A DNA stretch of 64,000 nt, taken from the IMG/VR virus record IMGVR_UViG_3300020213_000027, positions 1 through 64,000 of that record; one strand, 5' to 3'. Below, in pieces: positions 9,558 to 19,255 of the stretch (position 1 is its first letter; every line of letters begins with the position of its first letter). The DNA is from a virus. The notes beneath the pieces were generated by a model, which was not told the origin of the DNA, made no database searches, and worked only from the letters and a program-made list of their open reading frames with translations. The position numbers were made by a program, and so were the translations under genes.

Positions 9558-10592
9558 CTATGCTAGGATAAAGCTGCCGCCAGTTATAGCTATTGCTCCA
9601 ACTTGAGTCATCAAACTTCCTTCTACTGTACAGCCTGCTCCTACTGATATCGCTCCGGCAGAAGTGAGAGCAAGGCCTCTGTAGATGCTACCTGCTCCAA
9701 TTGAAAAAGCTCCTGAACAAGCTATAAATACATGTGATGCCAATGCTCCATTGAGCAATACTACAGATGCGACTGCCCCAATAGCAAAAGCGCCAGCAAC
9801 TTGAAAAACAAAAATAGAATCGGGATTACCCTGAGCATCAAGATAGAGAGTGCCGCCGATTGATGCTGCTCCTGCTATTGAATAAACTCCAGGCAATAGA
9901 GTTTCTCCTGTGCCAAAAGCTGGAGCGTGAATTGCGTTCGTTATAGCCATTATCATTACATTGTTAAATAAGACAGGTAGGTATGCAGCAACTGAGGAAC
10001 TAACAAAATCAGCGTTATGTATGACCACTGTCATAGGAAAACCAGAAACTACTCCCAAATTTGATCCAACTTCTATGGGATCAGTACCCAACGGCGTAAA
10101 TTTGTTTACACCGGAGGCATCAACAGCACCTGAAGATGAAAAAAGTAGGTATGGCTTTGAAGATCCTCGATTGAAAGGATCTGTAATTATTTCTACCATA
10201 TAAAGACCTTGGTATACGTTTGTAGACCCTACCTGCTCTATATATGCATTGGATAACTGTCCTTTAATTCTATATGTTTTAGAAATAGAGTTCAGAGTAG
10301 TTCCAGAAGAAATAAAGGCAACTCTTCCAGTTCCTTGTTGAATAAAATTAGTACTAAATAGATTAGGTAGGCCTGCAGGTATAGTAATGCTTATGTTCAC
10401 AGCTAAATTATTAACTAGAATAGTTGAATTGTTGTCTGAAGATAAAAGAGTATAATCGCCCGTTATTATTTTTTGTGCGTGTTTAAGATAATCAAGAATT
10501 GTTTGAACATCTGATGCTCCAGATATCGCTCCTTGTATAGAATCATCATATGGAATAGCTGCGGCTACTGGAGTTATGATTACGTGACTCAT
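9558..10592 (-). CDS. virion-associated protein with C-terminal ice-binding-like (DUF3494) beta-solenoid
   Basis: TLLPGVY...GTLYLDAQGNPDSIFVFQ...VVLLNGALASHVF, characteristic of DUF3494. Confidence 0.7.
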   Translation of the reverse strand: MSHVIITPVAAAIPYDDSIQGAISGASDVQTILDYLKHAQKIITGDYTLLSSDNNSTILVNNLAVNISITIPAGLPNLFSTNFIQQGTGRVAFISSGTTLNSISKTYRIKGQLSNAYIEQVGSTNVYQGLYMVEIITDPFNRGSSKPYLLFSSSGAVDASGVNKFTPLGTDPIEVGSNLGVVSGFPMTVVIHNADFVSSSVAAYLPVLFNNVMIMAITNAIHAPAFGTGETLLPGVYSIAGAASIGGTLYLDAQGNPDSIFVFQVAGAFAIGAVASVVLLNGALASHVFIACSGAFSIGAGSIYRGLALTSAGAISVGAGCTVEGSLMTQVGAIAITGGSFILA

Positions 10593-11125
10593 TATGAACT
10601 CTCTGTTATTCTAGCGGTTTTACTGTTGGCAGAAGCCACTAACCAGACTTGAAAGGTGCCATATGGATTTATTGAAAATAAAATCTGTTGATTTTTATAA
10701 AGAGGGGTTCCTGTTGAGGTAGTTACAGCATTATCATATCCCCAATATATATTATCTAGGGCAGTTATGGTAAGAAATTTTCTATTGCTAAGTTTAGAAA
10801 CTCCAACTTTTGCTTCATATGCAATGTTTGCAGTTGTTAAGGCTAGACTTCCATATACACCATTATCCCCTAATCCGATATAGACAGGGAATACAGAATT
10901 TGCGACTGCTTCAAGGTACTTTAATGCATCTCCATATATATATTCATTTATTCCATCAGACAATAAAACATTTCCATAATTACAATCTGATACTAATTGC
11001 GCATCTCTTGAAATTTGAAAAATCTGGGAAGAAGTAACTGTGTAGTTTGCACTTTGAGCAATTAAAACTGTACTGCTTAAATAACTACGTTGACCACTAC
11101 TTTTATTATATATTATTAAAATCAT
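10592..11125 (-). CDS. putative virion protein (member of the paralogous beta-sandwich cluster)
   Basis: C-terminal RKFLTI...IYWG...TGTPL domain resembles its neighbours. Confidence 0.55.
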   Translation of the reverse strand: MILIIYNKSSGQRSYLSSTVLIAQSANYTVTSSQIFQISRDAQLVSDCNYGNVLLSDGINEYIYGDALKYLEAVANSVFPVYIGLGDNGVYGSLALTTANIAYEAKVGVSKLSNRKFLTITALDNIYWGYDNAVTTSTGTPLYKNQQILFSINPYGTFQVWLVASANSKTARITESS

Positions 11126-11126
11126 T

Positions 11127-12482
11127 TTAAACCTCCACCCAAATTGCAGTAATCGCTACTAGCCTATTATTAGATGATGGATTTGCTACTATGATAATAT
11201 TATTATTAGGTTGAACTGCTATAGTAAACTCATCTCCAAATACTACAGAGTTATTATTTTGCCCATTTTCAAAAGCAGATATTTGATTGCCTAAAACAGA
11301 TAGTGTAGGCAAAGTAAAAGCTGTTATAGAACCACTAGCAGGGGAATTTCCTATATTTCTTTGTCTAGTTGTTAATGAAGTTCCATTTAGTGTGATAGTA
11401 GGGTTAGAATATATCTTACATTCTATAGATACATTAGTTACAGAAGCACCTAATGATATCTTAGAAATATACATGACTCTTCCACTACCAGATGGATTTT
11501 TTAATAACAATATAGGATTATCAGTTCCTGATAAAGCTGCATTAATAGAAGCGCTAGCAGAAAAAGTTTGATTATTCGTTAAATAACTAAAACTGGCAGG
11601 GGCAACAGTTCCCGTAATTCGTAATGATCCGGCAGTGTCTAAAGACAAAGGATTAGTTTGTGCTGTAGTATAGGTAGGTGCTGCTGTAGTGACTGCTCCT
11701 AAAGTAAGAGACCCAGTTTGACCAGAAGTAGTGCTTCCTTGAGCCAAGGTAAGAGTACTTGCAATCGTAGATAAAGAAGTATTTGCTGTTGTTTGATTAG
11801 CTGAGGTTGAAGCACCTGAAGGCAATGGTAGTGATACTGCTGATATGGGTTGTGTAACTGCGCTACCATCTACTTTCCATGCTGTAGTGTTAGCTGTATT
11901 TCCTGGTTGTACTGTCCAAGTTCCACTTTGTGTAGCAGCGACTGTACCTGAATCGATGACAGTATGTAAATTGGTGCCGGTAGCTTGAGTAACTGTTACT
12001 GTTGTTAATGGAGTAAGTGTTGTAAGTTGAGCAGCAGTAAGTACCACAGGGCTTGAAGCGGCGGCTAAGGCTTGTCCTAAAGCTGGGGTCTTTGAATCTA
12101 TACTTGATAATGAGGAATTACCTGTAGTTTGAAGAGATGAGGTAGAAGCTCCAGTTGGTAGAGAAACTGTACCCGTAATGTTTCCTAATGTAGTGACTGC
12201 AGCTAATGTGCTAGCAGGTTTTAAAAGAGTATTTATTGAGGCGTCTTGAGTAGTTTGAAGAGCTGCTGTTGCCGCACCAGTAGGTAATGGCAAAGATGTA
12301 GCATCTACAGTTATACTATTACCACCATCCTGAATATTAACAGCCAAAGCTCCAGTTGAATTAGTTACATTAGCTTTAATAGAATCAGATACATTACCAA
12401 TAGGAGTATTATCTAAAGCTCTAAGTTCAACTAATTCATTATCAAATGCTGATGTTGAATTACTGTCAGTTAAATCAGCCAT
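11127..12482 (-). CDS. Thr/Ser/Ala-rich fibre/spike-like virion protein
   Basis: repeated SLPLPTGA[AS]T units; C-terminal beta domain. Confidence 0.6.
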   Translation of the reverse strand: MADLTDSNSTSAFDNELVELRALDNTPIGNVSDSIKANVTNSTGALAVNIQDGGNSITVDATSLPLPTGAATAALQTTQDASINTLLKPASTLAAVTTLGNITGTVSLPTGASTSSLQTTGNSSLSSIDSKTPALGQALAAASSPVVLTAAQLTTLTPLTTVTVTQATGTNLHTVIDSGTVAATQSGTWTVQPGNTANTTAWKVDGSAVTQPISAVSLPLPSGASTSANQTTANTSLSTIASTLTLAQGSTTSGQTGSLTLGAVTTAAPTYTTAQTNPLSLDTAGSLRITGTVAPASFSYLTNNQTFSASASINAALSGTDNPILLLKNPSGSGRVMYISKISLGASVTNVSIECKIYSNPTITLNGTSLTTRQRNIGNSPASGSITAFTLPTLSVLGNQISAFENGQNNNSVVFGDEFTIAVQPNNNIIIVANPSSNNRLVAITAIWVEV

Positions 12483-12768
12483 TTTTCTTCCTAGATTTTT
12501 TAGGTTTTGGTTCTTCTTTAGAAACTTCAGGAGCTGAAGTAATAGTATTTTTCTCTTCTACAGGCTGTAAAGGCATAGGAGCTTTTGATGGAATTTGTTG
12601 AACAATTGATTGAATAGGTTCAATAGACTCTTTTAAAATAAACTCTAACCAATGATAAGCACGAGCTAAAGCAAGAGCTTCAAGACCTTCCATTTCACTA
12701 AATTTGGAACGTCGAATTAACTTTAACAAATTTTGAACTTCTAGTTTTTCTTTATTATCTAACTTCAT
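12475..12768 (-). CDS. hypothetical protein
   Basis: 97-aa ORF in the operon. Confidence 0.55.
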   Translation of the reverse strand: MKLDNKEKLEVQNLLKLIRRSKFSEMEGLEALALARAYHWLEFILKESIEPIQSIVQQIPSKAPMPLQPVEEKNTITSAPEVSKEEPKPKKSRKKNG

Positions 12769-12775
12769 AACATTT

Positions 12776-12807
12776 AAAAAAGGGGAGGAATTACTCCCTC
12801 CCCCTCC
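12776..12807 (-). terminator. Rho-independent terminator
   Basis: GGGGAGG/CCTCCCC hairpin plus T-run on the minus strand after ORF 12815..13957. Confidence 0.7.
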
Positions 12808-12814
12808 TATTTAA

Positions 12815-13957
12815 TTAAGCTAATTCAAAAATCCGAACGGCATTACCAGCACTACCAGCAATAGCAAAGAAATTGATAGCTTGTCCAGCTTCAAGAGAGA
12901 GAGTAGCTCCCTTTTCAATTTTAAGGCCAGTAGTAGATAAAACTCCAGTTGGACCAACATAGATCGGATTAGAAGAAGAATTTTGAACCATAATTCTTCG
13001 TCTTCCTGCAAGAGCTGCTGGAAATGCAATTTCAGTTGCTCCAACAGTTAGTACTTGAGAATTAAGATCAATATTTGGACTATCATTGATAAAAATTCGT
13101 CGATACATATCTGATAATAGATCAGCTCTATTGCCAGTAGCAGAAACAGCAGCAAGTGCACCACTAACAGCCCTAGATCCAATTTTAGCTGGATTTTCAG
13201 TATCAGCGATGTTATCAGCAACAGTGCCTACTGGCGCTGTCCACAATGCTCCACGTGCATTTTGTTTCAAGTTACCATAGTCACCATCTGCAGAAGTGCT
13301 AGAAGCAAGAGTGTCTTGTCTTACACCACCAACAGATGCTAATTGATCTGCATCAGCTGAAGCGCTATCTTCAGCATAAACAAAATCAGAAGTGACATTA
13401 AAATCAGCTGCGACTATAACACGACCTTTATTATCAACTGCAATAGGACTATAATCCCCATTGGCAGAAGTTAAAGTTGTAGCAGCAGAATCATTTCTAA
13501 CGGCCAACATAAATTGACCATTATCACCTGATGTATGTGCAGCATCTTCAGCAAAGATTCCACTAGTTGCACTTAATACAACATTAGCTTCACCAGCCGC
13601 TGAAATAAGCATAAAATCAGCGCCATCACCAATTTTAATACTATCTTGTGTATGAGAAAGATCTCTAATATCTAGATCTGTAGCAGAAACAGTTGCAGTG
13701 CCGCTAATAACCCAAGGACTAGTTCCTTGATACGCAGTTACTGAATCTGTAGCAAATGCTAAATCTCTAATATCAAGATTAGTTGCTGTTACATTAACAT
13801 CATTAATGACATTAACGTCTAATCCCTCTTTACCACTAACAAGAGTAGATGAAAGTAAATCACCATCACTACCAGCTCTTAAATAAGCACCAATATTATC
13901 TGAATCAGCAGCATCTGCTGGATCAAAAATTAGCTTATCTTTTGTTAAACTACCCAT
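12815..13957 (-). CDS. putative virion (head spike/decoration-like) protein
   Basis: ATxLDIRDL and AEDxAxxxxD repeats; C-terminal RRRIMVQN..PIYVG domain. Confidence 0.6.
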   Translation of the reverse strand: MGSLTKDKLIFDPADAADSDNIGAYLRAGSDGDLLSSTLVSGKEGLDVNVINDVNVTATNLDIRDLAFATDSVTAYQGTSPWVISGTATVSATDLDIRDLSHTQDSIKIGDGADFMLISAAGEANVVLSATSGIFAEDAAHTSGDNGQFMLAVRNDSAATTLTSANGDYSPIAVDNKGRVIVAADFNVTSDFVYAEDSASADADQLASVGGVRQDTLASSTSADGDYGNLKQNARGALWTAPVGTVADNIADTENPAKIGSRAVSGALAAVSATGNRADLLSDMYRRIFINDSPNIDLNSQVLTVGATEIAFPAALAGRRRIMVQNSSSNPIYVGPTGVLSTTGLKIEKGATLSLEAGQAINFFAIAGSAGNAVRIFELA

Positions 13958-13971
13958 TTTTTATTCCTATT

Positions 13972-14289
13972 CTAAACCCACTCTAGTATTTCTACTATTT
14001 GAGCAGGTTTATTTGTTTGAAAATATAACGTTCCTGTAAAATTAACGCCTTCAACTGTATAACTAGAACCAGCGGAGATTGTTATGTAATTAGTACTACT
14101 TTGAGTAGCTATAAAGGCTAGTTTTAAACTAGCAGTTCCTCTAACTTTAATAGTCAACATTTTAGTGCTATCTGTTAAAATCTGAGATACTTCTGTATTA
14201 GCTAAAGTAACAACAACATTATATATTGTAGGAAATTGTGATTGCTCAACTGTTGCCCTACCACGTATAGTGCCTGATACATTACTCAA
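13972..14289 (-). CDS. small beta-rich putative virion protein
   Basis: jelly-roll-like alternating pattern, within the structural cluster. Confidence 0.5.
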   Translation of the reverse strand: MSNVSGTIRGRATVEQSQFPTIYNVVVTLANTEVSQILTDSTKMLTIKVRGTASLKLAFIATQSSTNYITISAGSSYTVEGVNFTGTLYFQTNKPAQIVEILEWV

Positions 14290-14846
14290 GCTAACTCCAT
14301 TATTTTAACTCTAACAGTTTTACCAACTTCGGTAATACCATATATAACAATATTATCTTTAATATCTAAGTTAAAACCTTCATTGGGACCAACTTCCCAT
14401 CCTGCATTTGACCCAAGTGCTCTATCTGCAGTAACGCTCGCTGTAAAACCGACATATAATATATCTACAAGTGATAAATTAGTTAAAGATAGACTATTTC
14501 TCATACTTAGAGCAGTAGCAGGAATAGCTATTGCTGTGCTTGAAATATCTAAAGTTTTAACAGATCCAGCAACCGTTAATCCGCTAGGAGTAAATGTGCC
14601 TGTTATAGAACCTGCTATAATATTTACATCTAACCCAACATCAGGACCTATTACAGTGGCTGTTACTAAATTAGTCCCATCTCCAATTCGAATGCTATCG
14701 TCTGTATGAGAAATAGCTACTTCAACAGGACCTGGAATTACGGCAGTAACTGCAGCATCGACGCGTATTCTATCATTTAAAGGATCAAATACTCTATTGG
14801 GTATCTGACCTGGATCTAAATGTGATAAATTTGGATTTTGGGCCAC
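14286..14846 (-). CDS. putative virion protein, paralog of 12815..13957
   Basis: shares SHTxDSI[RK]IGDG and GLDVN[IV]I motifs and the C-terminal domain. Confidence 0.6.
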   Translation of the reverse strand: MAQNPNLSHLDPGQIPNRVFDPLNDRIRVDAAVTAVIPGPVEVAISHTDDSIRIGDGTNLVTATVIGPDVGLDVNIIAGSITGTFTPSGLTVAGSVKTLDISSTAIAIPATALSMRNSLSLTNLSLVDILYVGFTASVTADRALGSNAGWEVGPNEGFNLDIKDNIVIYGITEVGKTVRVKIMELA

Positions 14847-14870
14847 AACTATTTTTTAACGTTCTAACGG

Positions 14871-15080
14871 TTAATAAAGCAAATCTTTTAGTTGTTCTAT
14901 AAGAGTTTTATATTTTATCAAACCACTATTATTAAATTCTAATTTATATTTAGTCCACTCATCATCAGTAATATCAAAAAAATATCTACCTTTTCCTCTA
15001 GATATCACTTCATACTTTGCAATTTTAATATCTTTCGACATTAAAAAAGCACTGAACCATAAATCGGTGCCGCTCTTCAT
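14871..15080 (-). CDS. hypothetical protein (DUF5659-like)
   Basis: TDLWFSAFL...G..YFF pattern. Confidence 0.5.
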   Translation of the reverse strand: MKSGTDLWFSAFLMSKDIKIAKYEVISRGKGRYFFDITDDEWTKYKLEFNNSGLIKYKTLIEQLKDLLY

Positions 15081-15223
15081 AATCTCTCAACTATCAAAAT
15101 ACTTAATAGGACTGTTTTAATAACTAAACCTACAATAAACAATCTTTTATATTTATGAGCTTTGGATTTAACGTCTGCTCTTTTAATTTCTTGTCCAGGT
15201 TGCCTAAAAATCATCTTTGCCAT
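15077..15223 (-). CDS. 48-aa hypothetical protein with C-terminal hydrophobic segment (not in ORF track)
   Basis: MAKMIFRQ...LFIVGLVIKTVLLSILIVERL; start follows the previous stop; stop overlaps the next ATG. Confidence 0.55.
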   Translation of the reverse strand: MAKMIFRQPGQEIKRADVKSKAHKYKRLFIVGLVIKTVLLSILIVERL

Positions 15224-15373
15224 TTAAGTTCTCTTTAATTTCTTTTTTAAAAACTTAAATTTTTCTTCTTTTCCTGGCTTCTTATGAGTTTTCATAGCTT
15301 TTGAAGTAGCATCTGAATAACTTTCTTTATATAAAGGTAAAAGTGATAGAAAAGTATTTGCAGATTCAGCCAT
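15224..15373 (-). CDS. 49-aa microprotein resembling the MCP N-terminus, with Lys-rich tail (not in ORF track)
   Basis: MAESANTFLSLLPLYKESYSD versus MCP MANSANTFSDTLNGLFKETYAD; fills the gap between neighbours exactly. Confidence 0.7.
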   Translation of the reverse strand: MAESANTFLSLLPLYKESYSDATSKAMKTHKKPGKEEKFKFLKKKLKRT

Positions 15374-15374
15374 A

Positions 15375-15926
15375 CTATTTCATTCGTCCTTTTGTAATCT
15401 CTTCTAAAAGTTTTCTTTTTTCTTCATCTCTCATTGCAGTTTGAGCTACTGATTCTGCTGCCTTAGATGTGGATCTTCCAGCTGCTTGAGTTGCCATTCC
15501 TAAGTCATGTCCTGTCATTTGTCCAGTTTCAGCACCACGTTGAGTTATATTCATAAGTTCATTATTAATAACTGACTCATCTGCAAATTTACCAGCACCT
15601 TGTCCAATAGCCTTTTTTTCTTGAAGCATAGGAATAAGTTTTTCTTTTAAAGCTGCAAATCTAGCTGCTGTAGGAGTAAGATTTTCAATAGGTTGTGCAG
15701 TCTTTGCCATAATATTACTACCAACAGCTCCAAGCTCATTACCAATAATACCAGCAGCATCTCTTGCCATTGCGCCGCCTAATTTAGCTCCAGCAGCTCC
15801 AGCTACATAATCAATAGGTGAATCTGTAGGTTCAATAGAATCTTGAGTTTCTTTATCGCCCGCTATTTTATCTAAAAAATTTCTTATAGTTAACTCATTA
15901 GTCGATTTTAAATCATATTTAGGCAT
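15375..15926 (-). CDS. hypothetical (possibly internal virion) protein
   Basis: Ala/Gly-rich, directly downstream of the portal. Confidence 0.5.
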   Translation of the reverse strand: MPKYDLKSTNELTIRNFLDKIAGDKETQDSIEPTDSPIDYVAGAAGAKLGGAMARDAAGIIGNELGAVGSNIMAKTAQPIENLTPTAARFAALKEKLIPMLQEKKAIGQGAGKFADESVINNELMNITQRGAETGQMTGHDLGMATQAAGRSTSKAAESVAQTAMRDEEKRKLLEEITKGRMK

Positions 15927-15927
15927 A

Positions 15928-17979
15928 TTATCCTTTTACGTTGCCTAGAGCCTGCTGTTGCAGTTCTGGATTTGGGAGTAAACCCGCATTAACTTTAGCT
16001 GGTTGTGGAATTCTAATTGGTCCTTGTAATCCAGGACCTTCAATATGTCCACCTTGTACTCCTGGTCCCATAAGTCCTTGTTCTGGAGGCATCATTTGAC
16101 CAGAAGGAGAAGCTCCAGGAGGACCTTGTGGAGAAGGAGCAGCACCTTGTGGAGGAGCTAAAGGAGGTAATGGAGCTTGTTTTAGCATTTGAAGTGTGCC
16201 AGGATCAGTAGTTCGTAATAATTCAATGTGTTCTTGAATATGGTGTTGAACTCTTAAAACTAAATCTGCATCTTTTTTAAGTTCTGGATCAAATAATACT
16301 GATCTATGTCCATCAATATGTTTTTGGTGATCTTCAGTAAAAATAGCTTGCTGAGGTTCACCATCAATTAGAGCTTCATTTTCTGCTCTAATAAGTAAAC
16401 TCTCATGTACAATATTTTCAGTAATTGCGTTTAAGTTACCAGTATTAATAAGATTTACATACTGAGCAGCATCAATTTGTTGATATTGAAGAAGTTGTTC
16501 TGCCATTTGAACACGGCCTGCGGTCGTTCTAGCGAGCGGATTACCTATATCAACTACAACTCTAGAGATATTAGAAATATCTTGAGATGTAAATTCTTTC
16601 ATATAAGCACGATTAGTTTTACCAGCAATAGCAACAATACGAGGAGTGTGCGCAAAATCTTGAAGCATCTTAATAATAGCAGTTCCAATAGATTCAACTA
16701 ATTCTACATAGGATTGTTGAAGTCCAGACATGAATTGTAATGCCATTGATTGAACTAGAGCCAAAGCAGTACCAGATTTAAGACTTGCTTCTGGTTGACC
16801 TCTAGCTACACTATTAACTCCTGAAAGAGTTTCCATAGATTGTTCGATCATTTGAATAAATTTAAAAACTTCAGCTGGAGTACTAGTAAGATTTAAAGGT
16901 TCTGGTTTTCCTGCAGCAGCATTGTAATCAATAATATTTAATCCGCCTGCTAATTGATTAACTGCGATGTCAGTTCCTCTAGGATTTAATACGTTTTGAA
17001 CACCAAAAGCATTTTGATTTGTAGCCACTGTACTATATAAACTATTAAGAATTTCTTGAAGAGGAAGTAGATCAAACATTGGAGTATAGCCATGAGGGGT
17101 GCCATGAATATTTGAAGGAGCAATTCTAAATACTGGAAGAGTTCTATAAGGCATTGCAACATCTTGTAGAACAATGTCAGATGATACAAACATCATATAT
17201 CGACCATCGGGCATACAATCTGTTCTATTATGATAGAATTCCATAATAGCGACATCATCAGTAGTATCTAAAAGTGTAGAAATTCCTAAACGAAATCTTT
17301 GCAATTCAGATTTAGTTTGTAAAGACTTAATTTCATCTGCAAATTCAGGATATTTTGCTGCTAGGTCATATTTATTTTTCCAACGTCTAATAAGAACCCA
17401 ATCATGATTTCCTGTTTCTTTGGTTCCATCAAACATAACATCAAAAGGAGATAAATTTTCAAATATAATATCTCCTTCAAAGATTTTGGTTTTAGTTTCT
17501 TCAATATAATCTACTATTTCACCTTTTGTTGCATCCCATTCCATGACAACAAAACCACTACCATAAACAATAGCATATTCAACTGCTTGTTTAAGGTAGC
17601 CTTCTACTTTTTTCTCTCTAAGATAGTAATCTAAAATACTATTAGCTAAATAGGTTTGAACTAAAGACTTATAATCTGTATTTGTTGCTCTACAATCAAG
17701 CGCAGGACGATTTGAAACCGTCATTACGAGCATATGTGTTGCAATATTACGCCATTGATTTACTGGGAGATTTACTAATTCACCTTGTTCACCAGCAAAA
17801 GTTACTTGGTGTCCTGATCCCGTATCACTATAATAAGCACCATGGTACGCCATGAAACAACTTCTTAGTTTTTCTAAAAAGCCATTAGATTCAATAGAAT
17901 TGGACCAGTTTTGTACTTTAGAATCTAAAATTGAAGCAACAGCGTTGCTATCTTTGGCAGCAAAATATTGGTTATCCAT
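15928..17979 (-). CDS. portal protein
   Basis: 683 aa directly after the terminase; ETLSGVNSVARG...SGTA motif; Pro/Gln/Gly-rich tail. Confidence 0.85.
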   Translation of the reverse strand: MDNQYFAAKDSNAVASILDSKVQNWSNSIESNGFLEKLRSCFMAYHGAYYSDTGSGHQVTFAGEQGELVNLPVNQWRNIATHMLVMTVSNRPALDCRATNTDYKSLVQTYLANSILDYYLREKKVEGYLKQAVEYAIVYGSGFVVMEWDATKGEIVDYIEETKTKIFEGDIIFENLSPFDVMFDGTKETGNHDWVLIRRWKNKYDLAAKYPEFADEIKSLQTKSELQRFRLGISTLLDTTDDVAIMEFYHNRTDCMPDGRYMMFVSSDIVLQDVAMPYRTLPVFRIAPSNIHGTPHGYTPMFDLLPLQEILNSLYSTVATNQNAFGVQNVLNPRGTDIAVNQLAGGLNIIDYNAAAGKPEPLNLTSTPAEVFKFIQMIEQSMETLSGVNSVARGQPEASLKSGTALALVQSMALQFMSGLQQSYVELVESIGTAIIKMLQDFAHTPRIVAIAGKTNRAYMKEFTSQDISNISRVVVDIGNPLARTTAGRVQMAEQLLQYQQIDAAQYVNLINTGNLNAITENIVHESLLIRAENEALIDGEPQQAIFTEDHQKHIDGHRSVLFDPELKKDADLVLRVQHHIQEHIELLRTTDPGTLQMLKQAPLPPLAPPQGAAPSPQGPPGASPSGQMMPPEQGLMGPGVQGGHIEGPGLQGPIRIPQPAKVNAGLLPNPELQQQALGNVKG

Positions 17980-17998
17980 CGTAAACTTCCTATATATA

Positions 17999-18008
17999 CT
18001 TGTTAATT
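17999..18008 (-). promoter_or_regulatory. AATTAACAAG motif, copy 5 (portal)
   Basis: exact 10-mer about 20 bp upstream of the portal start. Confidence 0.6.
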
Positions 18009-18027
18009 TTTAAAGATAAGAGTATAA

Positions 18028-19176
18028 TTATCTTTTTTTAGGAGTTAGTAGGTCTACAAGTTGCTTATTTGATTCAGATGAAGATTTTCGTGTGTTAAAA
18101 ATCTTACTAAATTCATGGTGTTGTGAGTTTTTATAGCCGGGCCTCTCAAAATGACTTTCATTATATTTATCTAAATAGCCTTTTGGATAAGGATTTTTAC
18201 TAATCTGAACATTTCTTATTAAATATTTTAAACTATCGATAGCATCAAAGTGGCCATTATCTGCAGATCGATCAAAACTTGTTTTAGCTTTATTCCAAAT
18301 ACCAGCTTCTAAATGAGTTATTAAAGTTTTACATCTAGGATTAATAAGTATTTGTTCATTTTCAAGCATCACTCTTACTTTATTAAGTGCTGCGTCAGCA
18401 TCATCTTTTCTAGTAGGTAAAAATCTTAAACCATGCAAATCCCACAAATCTTTAATAACAATTAAATTATTATCGCTAATTCTAAGAAATGGAATACGCT
18501 GTTCTCCAGTTATTTTGTCTGTAAATACTTCAGCCTCTTTTTGTTTAATTCCATCGGCTAAAGTACTAGTATTAAATTTTTGTCCGTGAATAACAAATTC
18601 ATCCTCAACAATAAGTTTTGCTTTAAGAAAATCATACCAGCCAAATAACACAACAGTTAAATCTTTCATACCTATGTCCATACCAACATAAGCATCATAA
18701 AAAGGAGCTCTATCAGTTTCTTTCACAATTATTTTTTTAAGTTCTTCATTAAACTCAGGTATGATCGCGTAATTACTATCTTTAATTATGTGACAATTAT
18801 GATTAACTATATCATTACCTAAAAATACATTTCCATTTTTAACATCTAATATGTCATATACGTGTCTTTTTCCTGGAAATTTATTAATTTGTATTATTTT
18901 TTCTATACCATCTATAGTTAATAAGACATCACCAATTTTGTATTCTTTTGCTAGTTTCTCTTCATTAAATTTATGTTTTGTACTTACAAGAATTTTTTTA
19001 TTATTTTCCGTAATAAATTCTAGGCATTGGACTAAACCATTATAACTAACACCATCAAAATCTTGAAATCCTGTTGGAGTTAATATCTGATAACCTTGTT
19101 TATTAAAAGCAGTTTTATTACCTTTTTTTCTGCTTTCAGAAAAACGTTTATTCTTATGTATTTTTAGATAATTCAT
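18028..19176 (-). CDS. terL: terminase large subunit, nuclease half, preceded by the C-terminal split-intein fragment (aa 1-127)
   Basis: YQILTPTGF...STKHKF...VYDILDV...IVNHN|C intein blocks; then YVGMDIG and GHFDAIDSLKY RNase H-like terminase motifs. Confidence 0.85.
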   Translation of the reverse strand: MNYLKIHKNKRFSESRKKGNKTAFNKQGYQILTPTGFQDFDGVSYNGLVQCLEFITENNKKILVSTKHKFNEEKLAKEYKIGDVLLTIDGIEKIIQINKFPGKRHVYDILDVKNGNVFLGNDIVNHNCHIIKDSNYAIIPEFNEELKKIIVKETDRAPFYDAYVGMDIGMKDLTVVLFGWYDFLKAKLIVEDEFVIHGQKFNTSTLADGIKQKEAEVFTDKITGEQRIPFLRISDNNLIVIKDLWDLHGLRFLPTRKDDADAALNKVRVMLENEQILINPRCKTLITHLEAGIWNKAKTSFDRSADNGHFDAIDSLKYLIRNVQISKNPYPKGYLDKYNESHFERPGYKNSQHHEFSKIFNTRKSSSESNKQLVDLLTPKKR

Positions 19177-19255
19177 ATTTTAATTCTTTTATTGTTAATT
19201 GTCTAATTTTACCTTCAGGATCTTTTATAGTTAAGAGAGTATTAGCTTCAACACA
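18796..19255 (-). mobile_element. atypically split intein in TerL (IntN 33 aa at 19255-19157; IntC 127 aa at 19176-18796)
   Basis: FRREYL|CVEANTLL... ends the upstream ORF; ...HN|C lies in the downstream ORF; no endonuclease domain. Confidence 0.85.
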
